From positions 704,001 to 768,000 of the forward strand of contig CAWCBP010000001.1 in the NCBI GenBank assembly GCA_963793865.1: a stretch of DNA of 64,000 nucleotides, read 5' to 3'. The position numbers and the translations under genes were made by a program. Of the stretch, positions 37,907 to 47,963 are shown in pieces. The first letter of the stretch is position 1. Each line of letters begins with the position of its first letter. The notes below the pieces were generated by a model. The model did no database searches and was not told the DNA's origin. It was given only the letters and a program-made list of their open reading frames with translations. Source of the DNA: an uncultured delta proteobacterium. Its GTDB lineage: Bacteria > Desulfobacterota > WTBG01.

Positions 37907-40609
37907 TTACAGGTTTGTCCGGCTTCTTGTCTCGCCCCGCTCTGCCTGTTCCACGGAAACGCGCGTGAGCGGGCACGCCTTGTCGGTCAGGGTATTTACA
38001 CGCACACCGTCAAAGTGACAGGGCATGATCACGCTGCCCGGGGGAGTGCGATCGGTTATTTTTAAAGCGACGGTGACACTTCCCTTCGGCGAGGAAACAG
38101 TCACCAGGTCACCGGAGGTGATTCCCAGCCGGGACGCGTCGGATGCATTAAGCTCGGCCCGGCACTGAGGCGAGACTTCTTTGAGACACCGGGAATAAAG
38201 CGACAGTGATCCCGAGTGGAAAAGGGATGGAGCGGTGATCAGGCAAAAGGGATACCTCGCTGCATCATCCGCCTGCGGCGGGGTATAAAGAGCCGGCGTA
38301 AGGCTCGCCTTCCCCCGCGGAAAACCCTTGGCATACAGATGGGCGGAGCCGCCGTCCGCAGGATGATTGACCGGCCACTGGATGCCGCTGGCCGGGATGC
38401 CCTCCCAGGATATGCTCTTGTAATAGGGAACCAGCAGGGCTATCTCCTGAAGCGCCTGCCTCGGATTCGGGCAGCTTATTTCACATCCGAGCAGGCGCGA
38501 GAGGGAGAGGATGATTTCAAAATCGGTCCTGGCGCCGCCTTCGGGCGCCAGAACCCTTGCAAACTTCTGCACCCTTCGCTCAGCGCTGGTAATGGTGCCT
38601 TCCTTTTCAGGGAAGCTCAGGGCCGGCAGCACCACGTGCGCCTCTCTGGCGGTATCCGAGAGAAACAGGTCCTGCACCACCACCATCTCCGCCTTCTTAA
38701 GCGCCCTCAGGGTCTGATTGCTGTCCGGGTAGGTGAGCAGAGGGTTCTCGCCGACAATGTAAAGCGCTCTGATGTCGCCCTGTTCAGCGCCCTGCAGCAT
38801 CTGAAGCGCCGTAAGACCTGGGCGGGAGGGAAGGCGGGCGTTCCATGCAAGCTCAAAGGCGTGCCGCTCCGATTCGTTCTGCAGGTCCCGGCAGCCGGGA
38901 AGGTACCCGGGGGTGAGCCCCATGTCCAGCACGCCCTGGGAATTGCATTTTTCTGAGAGGATATTTACACCCGCCGACGGCTTGCCGATGTTGCCGGTAA
39001 TAAGCGCGAGGTTTGCTGCGGCCCGGGCACTGTTTCGTTCATCCCCCCGCAGCCCCAGCCCCGAAGAAATAAGAATGGATGCCTTTTCCGCCCGGGCAAA
39101 CCGCCGGGCCGCGGCGATGAGCAGATCAGAACCGATCCCGGTTATTTTTTCTACTGAAGCCGGGTCATACGGGGCGAGCGACGCCTTCAGCTCCTCGAAT
39201 CCCCGGGTGCGTTCGGCGATGAACCCGCTGTCCTCCAGCCCTTCCTCCAGAATGATGTGCATCAGGCCGTTGAGAAACACCACCTCCGTTCCCGGCCGGT
39301 AGATAATCGCGCAGTGTGCCCTGGCATGGAGCCAGGTTTCATAGCAGTTGGCGGCAATCAGCCATGACCTGTTCCGGTTCAGGCCCATGATCACCTCCAG
39401 CTTGACCATGGGATGGGTTTCCTGCGCATCGCATCGAACCGCAAGTATGACATCGGACTCTCTCAGCTCCGCAATGGCGTTGGTCATGGCTGGGTATCCC
39501 AGCGCTTCACCGAGCGCCATAAGGCCCTGGTAGGCGAATCCGGCCGATGTGTCAATATTGTTGGTTCCGACGGCCGAGCGCATGAACCTTTGCAGCAGGT
39601 AGGCCTCTTCATTGGTAATCCTGGCGGAAGCAATCGACCCTATGGCGTCTGCCCCGTGCTTTTCTTTGATTGTGTTAAAAGCGCGGGCAATTTCGCCAAG
39701 CGCCTGCTCCCAGGAGCAGGGAGTCAGGATTCCGTTTCTTCTCACCAGCGGCGTCTCCAGCCGTTCCCGGCTGTGAATGTATTCCCAGCCGTATCTGCCC
39801 TTGATGCAGAGATTTCCCCCGTTGCAGCCGGCGTCGCAGTCTGACGTAACGGTTCTGATCCGGTTGTCCTTGACGCCCATGATCAGCGTGCAGCCGCATC
39901 CGCAATAGGGGCATAGGGAAGGCTCTTTTTTAAGCTCCCAGTGGCGCGCCTTTTGGGAGATGAGGGAGGTGGTAAGCGCGCCCACGGGACAGGTGGATAT
40001 GCACTGCCCGCAGAATTCACACTGCAGGTCACGGTCGAAATCGGTGCCGATGGTGGTCCTGAATCCCCTCCCGATAAAATCAATCTCCTTCACGCCCTGG
40101 AGCTCCTCGCAGATGCGCACGCAGCGCCCGCACAAAATGCAGCGCCGGCTTTCCCTCCTGGCCATGGAGCCGATGAGGAGCTGTTCCTTAACCGCGGCGG
40201 TAATGCCGGGGTGCGATTTCTCCAGCCGGTATGGATTGTCGGTGATGCCGTATTCGTACACCAGGTCCTGCAGCGAGCAGGCGCCGGCCTGATCACAGGT
40301 GGGGCATTCCAGGGGGTGATGCAGCAGGATAAGCTGGAGCTGCGTTCGCCGTGCCTCGATGATCCCGGGAGATGTGGTGATTACCTCCATGCCGTTTCTG
40401 GCCGGGCTGAAGCAGGCCGGTATCAGCTTCCCCTCGCGGCCCTTCAATTCGACCATGCACAGGCGGCAGGCGCCAAAGGGGGTCAAGCGCCTGTCGTGGC
40501 AGAGCGAGGGGATTTTTATCCCCGCCTTCTCCGCGGCGTCCAGAATGGTTGCACCCCGGGAAACGGTTGCTTCTGTTCCGTCAACGGTGAGGGTTATGAT
40601 CTGGGTCAT
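37907..40609 (-). CDS. NuoG/FdhA/SfrA-like Fe-S molybdopterin-oxidoreductase-fold subunit lacking the Mo/W-ligating Cys/Sec
   Basis: 2Fe-2S (LCH...GACRLC), HHPLECPTCD...C, CILCGRCVRIC, CEFCGQCISTCP, CPYCGCGC...C; NNIDTSAGFAY where FDHs have NN.D.CAR.(C/U)H. Confidence 0.85.
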   Translation of the reverse strand: MTQIITLTVDGTEATVSRGATILDAAEKAGIKIPSLCHDRRLTPFGACRLCMVELKGREGKLIPACFSPARNGMEVITTSPGIIEARRTQLQLILLHHPLECPTCDQAGACSLQDLVYEYGITDNPYRLEKSHPGITAAVKEQLLIGSMARRESRRCILCGRCVRICEELQGVKEIDFIGRGFRTTIGTDFDRDLQCEFCGQCISTCPVGALTTSLISQKARHWELKKEPSLCPYCGCGCTLIMGVKDNRIRTVTSDCDAGCNGGNLCIKGRYGWEYIHSRERLETPLVRRNGILTPCSWEQALGEIARAFNTIKEKHGADAIGSIASARITNEEAYLLQRFMRSAVGTNNIDTSAGFAYQGLMALGEALGYPAMTNAIAELRESDVILAVRCDAQETHPMVKLEVIMGLNRNRSWLIAANCYETWLHARAHCAIIYRPGTEVVFLNGLMHIILEEGLEDSGFIAERTRGFEELKASLAPYDPASVEKITGIGSDLLIAAARRFARAEKASILISSGLGLRGDERNSARAAANLALITGNIGKPSAGVNILSEKCNSQGVLDMGLTPGYLPGCRDLQNESERHAFELAWNARLPSRPGLTALQMLQGAEQGDIRALYIVGENPLLTYPDSNQTLRALKKAEMVVVQDLFLSDTAREAHVVLPALSFPEKEGTITSAERRVQKFARVLAPEGGARTDFEIILSLSRLLGCEISCPNPRQALQEIALLVPYYKSISWEGIPASGIQWPVNHPADGGSAHLYAKGFPRGKASLTPALYTPPQADDAARYPFCLITAPSLFHSGSLSLYSRCLKEVSPQCRAELNASDASRLGITSGDLVTVSSPKGSVTVALKITDRTPPGSVIMPCHFDGVRVNTLTDKACPLTRVSVEQAERGETRSRTNL

Positions 40610-41051
40610 GGCAGACCGCCGATCTTTACAGGGAGAGGATTACTGCAGGTCCCCGCGGTGGTCATGGGGGGAAGAGGGGTTACAGGACAATGCGATAGCA
40701 AACCGGCCGTACGCGCTGCTGCTGTCATCGCTCTGCTCCATCTGAAATGCGGCACAACAGGCGGGAGGCTGATGGCGTATCTGAGCGGCGTCATGTGCTG
40801 ACCTGGGATCAGTCACCGCGCGTCAACACCCATCACACCTTGTTTTGTTCTTCCAGTTTATAATGTTTGAGAAAAAATATCAATCAAAAGGTTGGGAAAA
40901 AACAGCCGTCACGCGGAGAGACAGGGGCTGTGCGTGGAATTGTAGATGAGGTAACGGGTGCGGGGCGGATGGATGCATTCGTCTGCTCATCCGCCGCCGC
41001 AGGGCCTGATAGGCCGCGCACGAAGAGGATGCACAAAGCCGGGAGTCGTAA

Positions 41052-42545
41052 TCAGGAGACGTGGTAAAAGGATTCATCAGCCGGGTGTTTGCGGGCAACG
41101 CCTTCCTTGTATGCGGCGGTTTCCACGGCCTGCGCCACCGCTTCGCCCACACCCTTGTTGAAGACGGAGGGAATAATATAGCTTTCGTTAAGTTCCTGGT
41201 CGGTTACGGTTTGGGCAATGGCTTCAGCGGCGGCTATCTTCATGCCTTCGGTAATTCTGGTTGCGTAGCAGCGGAGCGCTCCCTTGAACAGGCCGGGAAA
41301 GCAGAGGACATTGTTGATCTGGTTCGGATAGTCCGACCTGCCGGTGGCCATGATCCTGGCATAGGGCTGCGCCTCTTCCGGCATGATTTCCGGGGTGGGA
41401 TTGGCCATGGCGAAGACAATGGGGTCTTTGCCCATGCCCCTGATGTCCTGCGCATTCAGCAGCTTTGCCGCCGACACCCCGATAAAAACATCGGCACCCT
41501 TAAGTGAGTCCGCCAGCGTTCCCCTGCAACCTTCCGGGTTTGTATGTTCCGCGTACCATTCTTTTACGCTGTTCATGCCTTCTTTCCTGCCGCGGTAGAT
41601 GGCCCCCGTTCTATCGCAGCCGATGATGTGGTGTACACCCACGGCCATGAGGATCTTGCTGCAGGCGACACCGGCGGCCCCGATGCCGCTTAAGACCACT
41701 TTTATATCCTGCTTTTTCTTGTCCACAATTTTCAAGGCATTGATTAATGCCGCCAGCACGACAACTGCCGTGCCGTGCTGGTCATCGTGGAAAACGGGGA
41801 TGTCGAGGCGTTCGATGAGCTGCTGCTCTATTTCAAAGCAGCGGGGGGCTGAAATATCCTCCAGGTTAATTCCGCCGAAGCCGGGCGAGATGCCGACAAC
41901 GATGTCAACGATCTTACCGGGGTCCTTGGTGTTTAAGCAAATGGGGAAGGCGTCGACGCCGCCGAATTCCTTGAAAAGCATCGCCTTGCCTTCCATGACC
42001 GGCATGGCCGCCTCCGGGCCGATGTCGCCCAGACCGAGGACGGCCGTGCCGTCGCTTACCACCGCCACCGTGCGCCGCTTGATGGTCAGGTGAAAGGCCC
42101 TGGATGTATCTTCCTGGATGGCCAGGCACACCCTGGCTACGCCGGGGGTGTAGGCCATTGACAGTTTGTCGACTGAATCCAGAGGCATTTTGCTCACCAC
42201 TTCGATTTTACCCCCTATGTGGGCAAAAAAGGTGCGGTCAGTTACCTCAATGACCGTGACGCCATCAATGGTGTTCAGGGTGCTGACGATGAGCTTCTCA
42301 TGCTCATTGTTGCGCGCATCAACGGTAATATCCCGTATGGTCTTTTCGCGCGTCCGTTTAACAATGCTAATATCCCCGATGACACCCCCCACATGTCCTA
42401 TGGCTGTGGCCACCGCTCCCAGCATCCCCGGCTTTCGTTCAAGCTCAATCCTTATAAGGGTACTGTAGCTGGGGGTAGGAGTGAGGGTTGCGTCCTGCTT
42501 TCTGCTCTGCAAGTTGTCGAAACTGCTCTCTTTGATCTTATTCAT
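41052..42545 (-). CDS. NAD(P)-dependent malic enzyme with N-terminal ACT domain
   Basis: AYTPGVA, DGTAVLGLGDIG, INLEDI, FHDDQHGTA, ATGRSDYPNQINN; N-terminal KPGMLG.V. Start 42545 or 42551. Confidence 0.93.
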   Translation of the reverse strand: MNKIKESSFDNLQSRKQDATLTPTPSYSTLIRIELERKPGMLGAVATAIGHVGGVIGDISIVKRTREKTIRDITVDARNNEHEKLIVSTLNTIDGVTVIEVTDRTFFAHIGGKIEVVSKMPLDSVDKLSMAYTPGVARVCLAIQEDTSRAFHLTIKRRTVAVVSDGTAVLGLGDIGPEAAMPVMEGKAMLFKEFGGVDAFPICLNTKDPGKIVDIVVGISPGFGGINLEDISAPRCFEIEQQLIERLDIPVFHDDQHGTAVVVLAALINALKIVDKKKQDIKVVLSGIGAAGVACSKILMAVGVHHIIGCDRTGAIYRGRKEGMNSVKEWYAEHTNPEGCRGTLADSLKGADVFIGVSAAKLLNAQDIRGMGKDPIVFAMANPTPEIMPEEAQPYARIMATGRSDYPNQINNVLCFPGLFKGALRCYATRITEGMKIAAAEAIAQTVTDQELNESYIIPSVFNKGVGEAVAQAVETAAYKEGVARKHPADESFYHVS

Positions 42546-42702
42546 GGCCAATCTTCCTCCAGTCCTGGCAGGTTAACAGGCTTTAAACCGCAGGACCACC
42601 AAATATTTATATGAACATTTTAATGAGACTTTTCGAATTTCTTCAGATTCTTGCATATGTTCCATTATACTTCAATAAAATACTTGATTTGAAAAATTTT
42701 TG

Positions 42703-42766
42703 TTGACAAATTTTAAAATACTCTTATAATACTCCAATAATAGTATTATTATAATCATAATGGAGT
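42703..42766 (+). promoter_or_regulatory. Sigma70 promoter with downstream imperfect inverted repeat (possible operator)
   Basis: TTGACA-16 nt-TATAAT (42703-42730), then ACTCCA...TGGAGT. Confidence 0.6.
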
Positions 42767-42818
42767 GTATTTATTGCTTTTAAACTAATAAAACACACAT
42801 GACAGGTGATAGGGAAAC

Positions 42819-43037
42819 ATGATGACTGAGGAAAAAAGAGCTGTTTTGCTGCCGGTGGCATTGGTGCAAAAGATTGAGAGGAAAATTGAGCAGTCTCATT
42901 ACGCTTCAGTTGAAAGCTATGTTGAAGATGTTTTAAATGAGGTGCTCAAGGCAGAAGAAATGGAAATTCACGTTAAGGAACGGGAGAAGATGGATGAAAT
43001 ACGGGAAAGACTGAAAAAGCTCGGCTACATGGATTAA
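42819..43037 (+). CDS. Small CopG/ribbon-helix-helix-like protein with C-terminal RLxxLGY motif
   Basis: V.LP..L..KIE......Y.SV..YV..VL.E; ends IRERLKKLGYMD. Confidence 0.65.
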   Translation: MMTEEKRAVLLPVALVQKIERKIEQSHYASVESYVEDVLNEVLKAEEMEIHVKEREKMDEIRERLKKLGYMD

Positions 43038-43080
43038 TGGGGTGGAACGTCATCAGTTTGCCTTTCGGGAGGAGCGCATC

Positions 43081-44115
43081 ATGAAAAAAATTACCGTGCT
43101 TTTAGTTCTGTGCTGTATCACAACTTTCGTTGCCTGTACCGGCAAGCCCGAATCGGAAGGGCCGCTGATCATTCGGGCGGGCCATTTCCCTGACATTGTT
43201 CATTCCCAGGCTCATGTGGGTAAAGTAAAAGGGACCTTCAAGGAAATGCTCGGTCCGGATGTTACCATTGATTGGAAATTGTTTAATGCCGGACCATCGG
43301 CCATTGAGGCGCTTTTTGCAGATGAGCTGGATCTTACCTATATCGGTCCCAATCCCGCCATCAACGGTTACATTAAGTCAAAGGGTGAGTCATTAAGAAT
43401 TGTGTGCGGTGCGGCCAGCGGCGGGGCGGGGCTGGTGGTCAGGGAAGACAGCGGTATCAATACCCCCGCTGATTTTCACGGAAAAAAGATTGCCACCCCC
43501 CAGCTGGGAAATACCCAGGACGTTGCCTGCCGAAACTGGCTTAAAAAGAACGGCTATGTGATCAGCGAGCAGGGTGGGGATGTGCAGGTAATACCGCTGG
43601 CAAATCCGGACCAGCTCACCCTTTTCATGAAAAAAGAGATTGACGGGGCGTGGACAAAGGAACCCTGGGTGGCGCGACTCATGGTTGAAGGCGGCGGAAA
43701 ACTTTTTCTTGACGAAAGAGACATCTGGCCTGACAGGAAATTCGTCACCGCTCACGTTATCGTCAGCACAAAATTCCTAAAGAAGCACCCGGATCTGGTC
43801 AAAAAGTGGATCACCGCCCATGTTCAGCTGACGGAATGGATTAACGGAAACATGGTCGAAGCGAAATCCATAGTCAATAGCGAGATCAAAAACCTGACCG
43901 GGAAGTCACTGCCCGAGAAGATTTTGGATGACGCCTTTTCAAGGACGTTGATCACCTATGATCCCATTCAAAGTTCACTTTTTACCTCGGCGGACTGGGC
44001 TTATGAGGCGGGCTTTCTGGGCTCGGAGAAGCCCGATCTCGCCTCAATCTACGACCTTTCATATCTGAAAGCGGTGCTTAAGGAAATGAATTACCCGCCG
44101 ATTCCGGATTTATGA
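43081..44115 (+). CDS. Sulfonate/nitrate/taurine-type ABC transporter substrate-binding lipoprotein (SsuA-like)
   Basis: Lipobox FVAC; FNAGPSAIEAL, YIGPNPAING, IATPQLGNTQDVA. Confidence 0.88.
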   Translation: MKKITVLLVLCCITTFVACTGKPESEGPLIIRAGHFPDIVHSQAHVGKVKGTFKEMLGPDVTIDWKLFNAGPSAIEALFADELDLTYIGPNPAINGYIKSKGESLRIVCGAASGGAGLVVREDSGINTPADFHGKKIATPQLGNTQDVACRNWLKKNGYVISEQGGDVQVIPLANPDQLTLFMKKEIDGAWTKEPWVARLMVEGGGKLFLDERDIWPDRKFVTAHVIVSTKFLKKHPDLVKKWITAHVQLTEWINGNMVEAKSIVNSEIKNLTGKSLPEKILDDAFSRTLITYDPIQSSLFTSADWAYEAGFLGSEKPDLASIYDLSYLKAVLKEMNYPPIPDL

Positions 44116-44140
44116 TTTGAAGATTAAGAGGGCCGGGAGC

Positions 44141-44920
44141 ATGAAACTGAACATACAAGGGGTATCGAAAACCTTTCTTGCACGGAAGAACAGGGTGCTT
44201 GCGCTGGAGGATATCTCTCTTGATGTAAAGCAGGGAGAGTTTGTGTGCCTGATCGGCCCATCGGGATGCGGCAAATCAACCCTGCTCAACATCATTGCCG
44301 GCCTGATGCACCCGGAGCAGGGAACGGTCCTCATGGACGGCCATCCGGTCACTGAACCGGGGCCCGACCGGGTGGTTATGTTTCAGGACCACGCACTTTT
44401 TCCCTGGCTCACGGTGCTGGGTAATGTTGAGTTCGGCATGAAGATGAAGGGTGTGCCGCGGGACAAGAGAAGGGCTCTTGCCCTGGAGTTTTTGCGCATG
44501 GTCCATCTCAGTTCGTTTCAGCACGCGTACACCCATGAGCTGTCGGGGGGAATGAAACAAAGGGTTGCCCTGGCACGCGCACTGGCGATTAACCCGGACA
44601 TACTGCTGATGGATGAGCCGTTTTGCTCGCTGGACGCCCAGAGCAGGGAAATCCTCCAGGTGGAGCTTCAGGAAATATGGTCGCTCACCAGGAAGACCAT
44701 CGTGTTTGTCACCCATAACGTGCGCGAGGCGGTGTACCTCGGCAACAGGGTAATCGTCATGAGCGCGCGACCGGGAAGGATCAAACAAGATATTACCATT
44801 GACCTGCCGCGGCCGAGAAGGATGGGAAGTTTGGAAATGATAAAGGTTACAAATAGTATCATGCAGGAACTGCGGGGAGAGATTGAAACCGTCTTGAAAG
44901 AGGAGCTGCACGATGCGTAG
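44141..44920 (+). CDS. ABC transporter ATP-binding protein (SsuB/TauB-like)
   Basis: GPSGCGKST, LFPWLTV, LSGGMKQR, LMDEPF. Confidence 0.92.
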   Translation: MKLNIQGVSKTFLARKNRVLALEDISLDVKQGEFVCLIGPSGCGKSTLLNIIAGLMHPEQGTVLMDGHPVTEPGPDRVVMFQDHALFPWLTVLGNVEFGMKMKGVPRDKRRALALEFLRMVHLSSFQHAYTHELSGGMKQRVALARALAINPDILLMDEPFCSLDAQSREILQVELQEIWSLTRKTIVFVTHNVREAVYLGNRVIVMSARPGRIKQDITIDLPRPRRMGSLEMIKVTNSIMQELRGEIETVLKEELHDA

Positions 44921-45671
44921 TGCCTTCAGGGTTATCTGTTTTTATGTGATTCTGCTGTTGATCTGGGAAGGGATATTCAGGCTGCACCTCTGGCCCGCAT
45001 TCCTCTTTCCCTCACCGCTCCAGGTGTTTGAGACGCTGGCAAACGGCTTTTACGATAAAAGTTTTCTCATCGGCATCGGCATCAGCATGGAACGGATCCT
45101 GCTGGGATTCGGGATTTCTCTTGTGCTCGGCATCGTGGTGGGCTTTTGCATCGGAAGCTTTCAGGTGCTTGATGGAACCATCGGGCCGCTTTTGAACGGA
45201 TTGAGAAGCCTTCCCAGCATCTGCTGGTTTCCCCTGGGCCTGCTCTGGTTCGGTTTAAATGAAAATGCAATCAACTTTGTGGTCATCATGGGTGCCGCCT
45301 TCTGCATTACCCTTGCAACTGATGACGGGGTCAAGAACATATCGCCCCTTTACCTCAGGGCGGCCTCCACCATGGGGGCAAAGGGGCTGAAGCGATTCTG
45401 GTACGTGATCCTTCCCGCAGCCCTTCCCTCCATTATAACCGGCATGAAGCTGGGATGGTCATTTGCCTGGAGATCCTTGATGGCCGGGGAAATGCTCTAT
45501 GTGAGCCTGGGGCTGGGACACCTGCTGATGATGGGACGGGAGCTCAACGACATCAGCCAGATGTTTGCGGTGATGCTGGTGATCATGGCCCTCGGTCTGC
45601 TTGTTGATAAAGTCGTGTTCGGGTTGATGGAGCGGGAAATGAGAATACGATGGGGACTTAACGCGCTTTAA
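44913..45671 (+). CDS. ABC transporter permease (SsuC/TauC-like)
   Basis: Multiple TM segments; VILPAALP, WSFAWRSLMAGE. Confidence 0.92.
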   Translation: MRSAFRVICFYVILLLIWEGIFRLHLWPAFLFPSPLQVFETLANGFYDKSFLIGIGISMERILLGFGISLVLGIVVGFCIGSFQVLDGTIGPLLNGLRSLPSICWFPLGLLWFGLNENAINFVVIMGAAFCITLATDDGVKNISPLYLRAASTMGAKGLKRFWYVILPAALPSIITGMKLGWSFAWRSLMAGEMLYVSLGLGHLLMMGRELNDISQMFAVMLVIMALGLLVDKVVFGLMEREMRIRWGLNAL

Positions 45672-45733
45672 GCTGTTACATAAGACGGAGACGTTAAAGG
45701 CAGGTGACAATTCATTGTAAAGGAGGGTAACCC

Positions 45734-47194
45734 ATGCGTATCAAAAACATAACCTTTGTTCTGCTTGTGGCAGTATATTGTGCTGTATTTTTCTCTGTAC
45801 CGGTTCGAGGGGAAGAGGTACAAAAGACCACGGTGGATAAGCTCCTGGATATACTCCAGGACAAGGGCATCATTACCGGGCAGCAGTACCAGGATCTGAA
45901 AAACGAGCTGGGCGCGGAGAAAAAGGTAATCGAGGAACAGAAGCAGGTAATAGCAGAGCAGAAAAAGGTAGTAGCGGACGCGAAAAGCAGGGAAGAGAAG
46001 ATGCCCCGGGTGGGTTATAAGAACGGATTTTACCTGGAAACGCCGGATCAGAATTTTACCCTCAAAATCGGGGGAAGGATGGATGCGGACATGCGTTTTT
46101 ATAACAGCGATCACCCGGAGAACAACCAGTTTTTTGTCAGCCGGGCCCGCGTCTACCTTTCAGGCACCCTCTTTAAATATTTTGAGTTCAAGATTGAGCC
46201 CGATTTCGGCAAGGGGACCAGCGAATTGAAGGACGGTTTTATCAATGTCAACTATGTGCCCTATGCCCAGTTTAAAGTAGGGCAGTTTAAGCAGCCGTTC
46301 AGCCTGGAACGCATGGCCTCTGCCAACTATATAGATTTTGTGGAGCGCTCGCTGCCGGTCGACAATCTGACCCCGGACCGGGACCAGGGGATCATGGTCC
46401 ACGGATCCTATGCGCCCATTGGGCTCCATTACGGACTGGGACTTTTTAACGGGGTGAGGGCAAACGAGAGCGAAGTGGATGACCACAAGGATGTGGCGAT
46501 GCGCATCGGCCTGACACCGTTTTACAAAAGCAAATCCATTCTGTTCAAAGGTCTGTATGTGGGATTCTCCTCAACCTACGGCGATGAAGAGATGGCCTAC
46601 CCCGACGATGAAGACGCCTTCTGGAGCAAGGGGAAGCTGGAGACGGCGGGTGACACGAAGTTTTTCCAGTTCACGAACGGGGTGAATCATGACGGGAGCA
46701 GACAGCGCATGGGTACGGAGTTTGCGTGGGTTGTGGGGCCGCTCTCCATCAAGGGTGAGTGGATGCGGCTTGATCTGAATGGTTTAAAGAATCCCGCCGG
46801 CGAGAGCCATGACCTGTCGATGAACGGAGAGTATATCTCACTGGCCTACTTTCTCACCGGTGAGACCCAGCAGTTTGATCCCGCGCAGGCTGTATTTAAG
46901 CGGACCAAGCCCAACAAGATCTTTGATCCCTCCCACGGCACGTGGGGCGGCCTGCAGCTTTTGGCCCGTTACGAGCGATTGGGGTTAAGCGACGGTTTCT
47001 TTGATCACGGTTATGCCAACAGCGCCAAGTATACTGACTGCGCCAAGGGGTTCACCCTCGGCTTGAATTGGTACTTGAACGAGATGGTGCGGGTGATGTT
47101 AAACTACAATCACATCGAGTTTGACGATTATGTGCTGGAAGCAAATGATGACAATGAGGATGTGTTGCTTGCCCGGTTCCACCTCGAATTCTAG
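45734..47194 (+). CDS. OprO/OprP-family anion-selective porin
   Basis: Signal peptide, coiled coil, RAR...SG, GQFKQPFSLE, FVERS, GLNWY, C-terminal Phe. Confidence 0.85.
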   Translation: MRIKNITFVLLVAVYCAVFFSVPVRGEEVQKTTVDKLLDILQDKGIITGQQYQDLKNELGAEKKVIEEQKQVIAEQKKVVADAKSREEKMPRVGYKNGFYLETPDQNFTLKIGGRMDADMRFYNSDHPENNQFFVSRARVYLSGTLFKYFEFKIEPDFGKGTSELKDGFINVNYVPYAQFKVGQFKQPFSLERMASANYIDFVERSLPVDNLTPDRDQGIMVHGSYAPIGLHYGLGLFNGVRANESEVDDHKDVAMRIGLTPFYKSKSILFKGLYVGFSSTYGDEEMAYPDDEDAFWSKGKLETAGDTKFFQFTNGVNHDGSRQRMGTEFAWVVGPLSIKGEWMRLDLNGLKNPAGESHDLSMNGEYISLAYFLTGETQQFDPAQAVFKRTKPNKIFDPSHGTWGGLQLLARYERLGLSDGFFDHGYANSAKYTDCAKGFTLGLNWYLNEMVRVMLNYNHIEFDDYVLEANDDNEDVLLARFHLEF

Positions 47195-47398
47195 GTGTGT
47201 GCAGTCAGCCGCTGTGGCCGCACCGGGATGTCCTGACATGCGGTTGCGGGAGATCCCGGGCAGAAAAGGTCATATATTTTACAGTAAATAATCGTTTGAT
47301 TAGAGATTGATACAAATGCTTGACAAGAATTGACAGGTTGTGATAGAAGGTGCAACAAAATTAATTAATTCATTCATTCATCAAAGAGAGGTGCTGAC

Positions 47399-47860
47399 AT
47401 GAAGACAAGAACGCGGAAGTACACCACCATTGCAATCGCAGCTTTTATCTTCACCATGGCCCTGTCCTGCTATCAGTGCTGCGCTGCATCGGATGACGGT
47501 TCAGATCTGGCGGCGCAGATCTACGGCAGTGGATTTGTCCCCCTGACGCGCGGCTCTTCGACTACCATTCAGAATTTACCCGGCCAGCGAACATCCTTTG
47601 TCACAGTTCTGGCACTTGGCCAGGGAACGCTCAAGGCAACATTGAGCAAGAAGGACACCGTCAATGACGTGATCAGCATCATGATGATCGGCTATCCCGC
47701 AGATCCGGCTTTTGTTCCGGGTTTCGGCAGAACACCGGCCGATGTCGCAGTCAGTGCTGCGGTGACTGATGTGATGGGCGGATACGGCATTTTCTTTATT
47801 ATAACCAATGTTAAGTCAGGAGATACTTTCACCAGTTCTCTGGCGCTTAAATTAGAATAG
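47399..47860 (+). CDS. Secreted hypothetical protein
   Basis: RBS gaggtg; signal-like N-terminus; TTGACA boxes upstream. Confidence 0.7.
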   Translation: MKTRTRKYTTIAIAAFIFTMALSCYQCCAASDDGSDLAAQIYGSGFVPLTRGSSTTIQNLPGQRTSFVTVLALGQGTLKATLSKKDTVNDVISIMMIGYPADPAFVPGFGRTPADVAVSAAVTDVMGGYGIFFIITNVKSGDTFTSSLALKLE

Positions 47861-47963
47861 CATCGAGGCACATTTTTCCTGACAGGAAGAGAGCTGCCGG
47901 GAAGATGCGGGCAGGCTGTGCGTGGGGTGGGTCAGCGCGGCGGGCAGTCGGAAAACGCATCCA

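Noticed and set aside
37907..40609. Formate dehydrogenase or complex I nuo operon
   Set aside because: No Cys/Sec-His ligand and no membrane nuo genes nearby.
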